Origin: Azolla caroliniana
Taxonomy: Eukaryota; Plantae; Polypodiophyta
NCBI GenBank assembly: GCA_043228905.1
Contig: JBHGNT010000012.1
Coordinates: forward strand, 9,176,001 to 9,240,000
Direction: 5' to 3'
DNA: 64,000 nt
The notes under the pieces were generated by a model that saw nothing but the letters and a program-made list of their open reading frames with translations, was not told the DNA's origin and ran no database searches. Below are positions 62,958 through 64,000 of the stretch, piece after piece; the first letter of the stretch is position 1; every line of letters starts with the position of its first letter. The translations under genes and the position numbers were made by a program.

Positions 62958-64000
62958 GCGCATGGTCCTCCCTGTCCTTCTGTTCACGGAGCTCTTCCTT
63001 CAGCCTCTCTATTTCCGTCTCCGCCATCCGCCGCAGCTTGTCTTTTTCCTGCAACACTTTCTCTTTTTCCTCCTTCAGCCGGTCGTAAGCATGATGTCCT
63101 TTACGCAAGTTTTCCTCTGTCCGGCAAAGGTTCTCAACAGTCTTTCTTAATTCTTCTTCGGCCGCCTTCTTTAAGTCGCGTTCGCGGCTCCGTAATGCTT
63201 CCTGTGCGGCGAGCTCATCTCGTAATTCCGCAAGCTCTTGGGCTTGCGTCGCCTCTTTCTCCGGGACAGTTTGTGTCTCCGGGGTCTTATTCTTCTGTAC
63301 ATCAACCGGAGTCACCAGTGCTTGGACCTGTGTTGCGGTTAAGGCCATTTTGGCCATATCTCCTGTGATCCGATCCAAGTCTTGTTCTAGGCACCGGATC
63401 CTTGACCAGGCCGTCTCCAGTTCATCGGTTGTGACGAGCAACCGTTCCATTTGCGCTCTTTCCTCCGCCTCTATGCATCCGACTATTCCGGCAATTTGGT
63501 CTCCTATCCACTGGAGCCATTGGCTGCCAGTGCACTATTGTTGCACTTGCACAGAGAGTTGGCTGATGGGTTCACTCGCCAGTGGCTGGTCCCGCCTTTC
63601 TGCGTCAAGCTGCGCTTCTGGTTTTGCCAGCTGACCACTTTGTCGTTCCGGCTCTGAGTGTGTTTCGGCTAGTCGCCCCTTGTCTGCTTGTTCTTGGCCG
63701 GCTGGGGCGGTTGGCCTTGGGTGACGGGGCTTGCCAGTGCTGCCTATTGTGCCAGGACTTCTGTGACCGGTTCCATCCGAACCGGTTCCAGTGCCTCCCT
63801 TGGCGTGGGTTGCTCAGTGTGAGTTGCGGGCGTTCCATCCTTCTGTGGGTCCGAATGCTTCCCGGCTGATTCAGCGGTGCTCTTCACCGGCCTCCACTGG
63901 AGGTGCTCCGTGGGTTCTTCCTCCATTTCTTCCGCCGGAGTCCCGACATTCATTCTTGCCGCCAAGGTGTCCGTTTCCTGTTGCCCCGGTCGGTGGACTG

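Larger units (their letters stand above)
60680..64000. mobile_element. LTR element H (runs off the window; orientation ambiguous)
   Basis: TGTTA..TAACA LTR 60680-61142 inserted in element G's LTR; tRNA-Arg-type site on + at 61145; minus-strand TATA/AATAAA and minus-strand coiled-coil ORF. Confidence 0.8.
61196..64000 (-). pseudogene. Long coiled-coil extra ORF of element H (interrupted by solo LTR)
   Basis: ORFs 63965-63744, 63450-62958 and 62190-61281 are E/K/Q/R rich; share the RADxENRRKEG block with the 34.7-36.8 kb ORF. Confidence 0.75.

Noticed and set aside
61196-64000. Host coiled-coil gene (myosin/SMC-like)
   Set aside because: Intronless, decayed, adjacent to an LTR and homologous to an ORF inside another retroelement.

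Overview
The whole window is eukaryotic repeat DNA, and I see no host gene. It is a deeply nested cluster of about 18 transposable elements or remnants. These are one decayed DDD/DDE DNA transposase (Sola/DUF7869-like), five Tcn1/Tf1-sushi-type chromodomain Ty3/Gypsy elements (one nearly intact and very young, 39008-44300), a non-autonomous Gag+protease-only Athila-like element, two non-chromovirus Gypsy-type elements sharing a conserved extra coiled-coil ORF, six Ty1/Copia elements or fragments, two solo LTRs and an isolated LTR fragment. The element types suggest a non-seed land plant such as a bryophyte (inference). Main signals: (1) six dissimilar LTR families all carry an antisense, outward-facing tRNA-like A-box/B-box cassette at the U3 end; (2) one element has a bipartite tRNA-Arg-like binding site where its LTR promoter and ORF polarity predict a polypurine tract, and its relative lacks a PPT; (3) an unannotated motif, WxxWAxxxxELxxxRADxENRRKEG, is shared by the extra ORFs of those two elements; (4) the chromoviruses show Tf1-like self-priming sites with covarying sequence, a -1 frameshift/pseudoknot signal and heat-shock-element arrays. 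Coordinates were read by eye and no searches were run.
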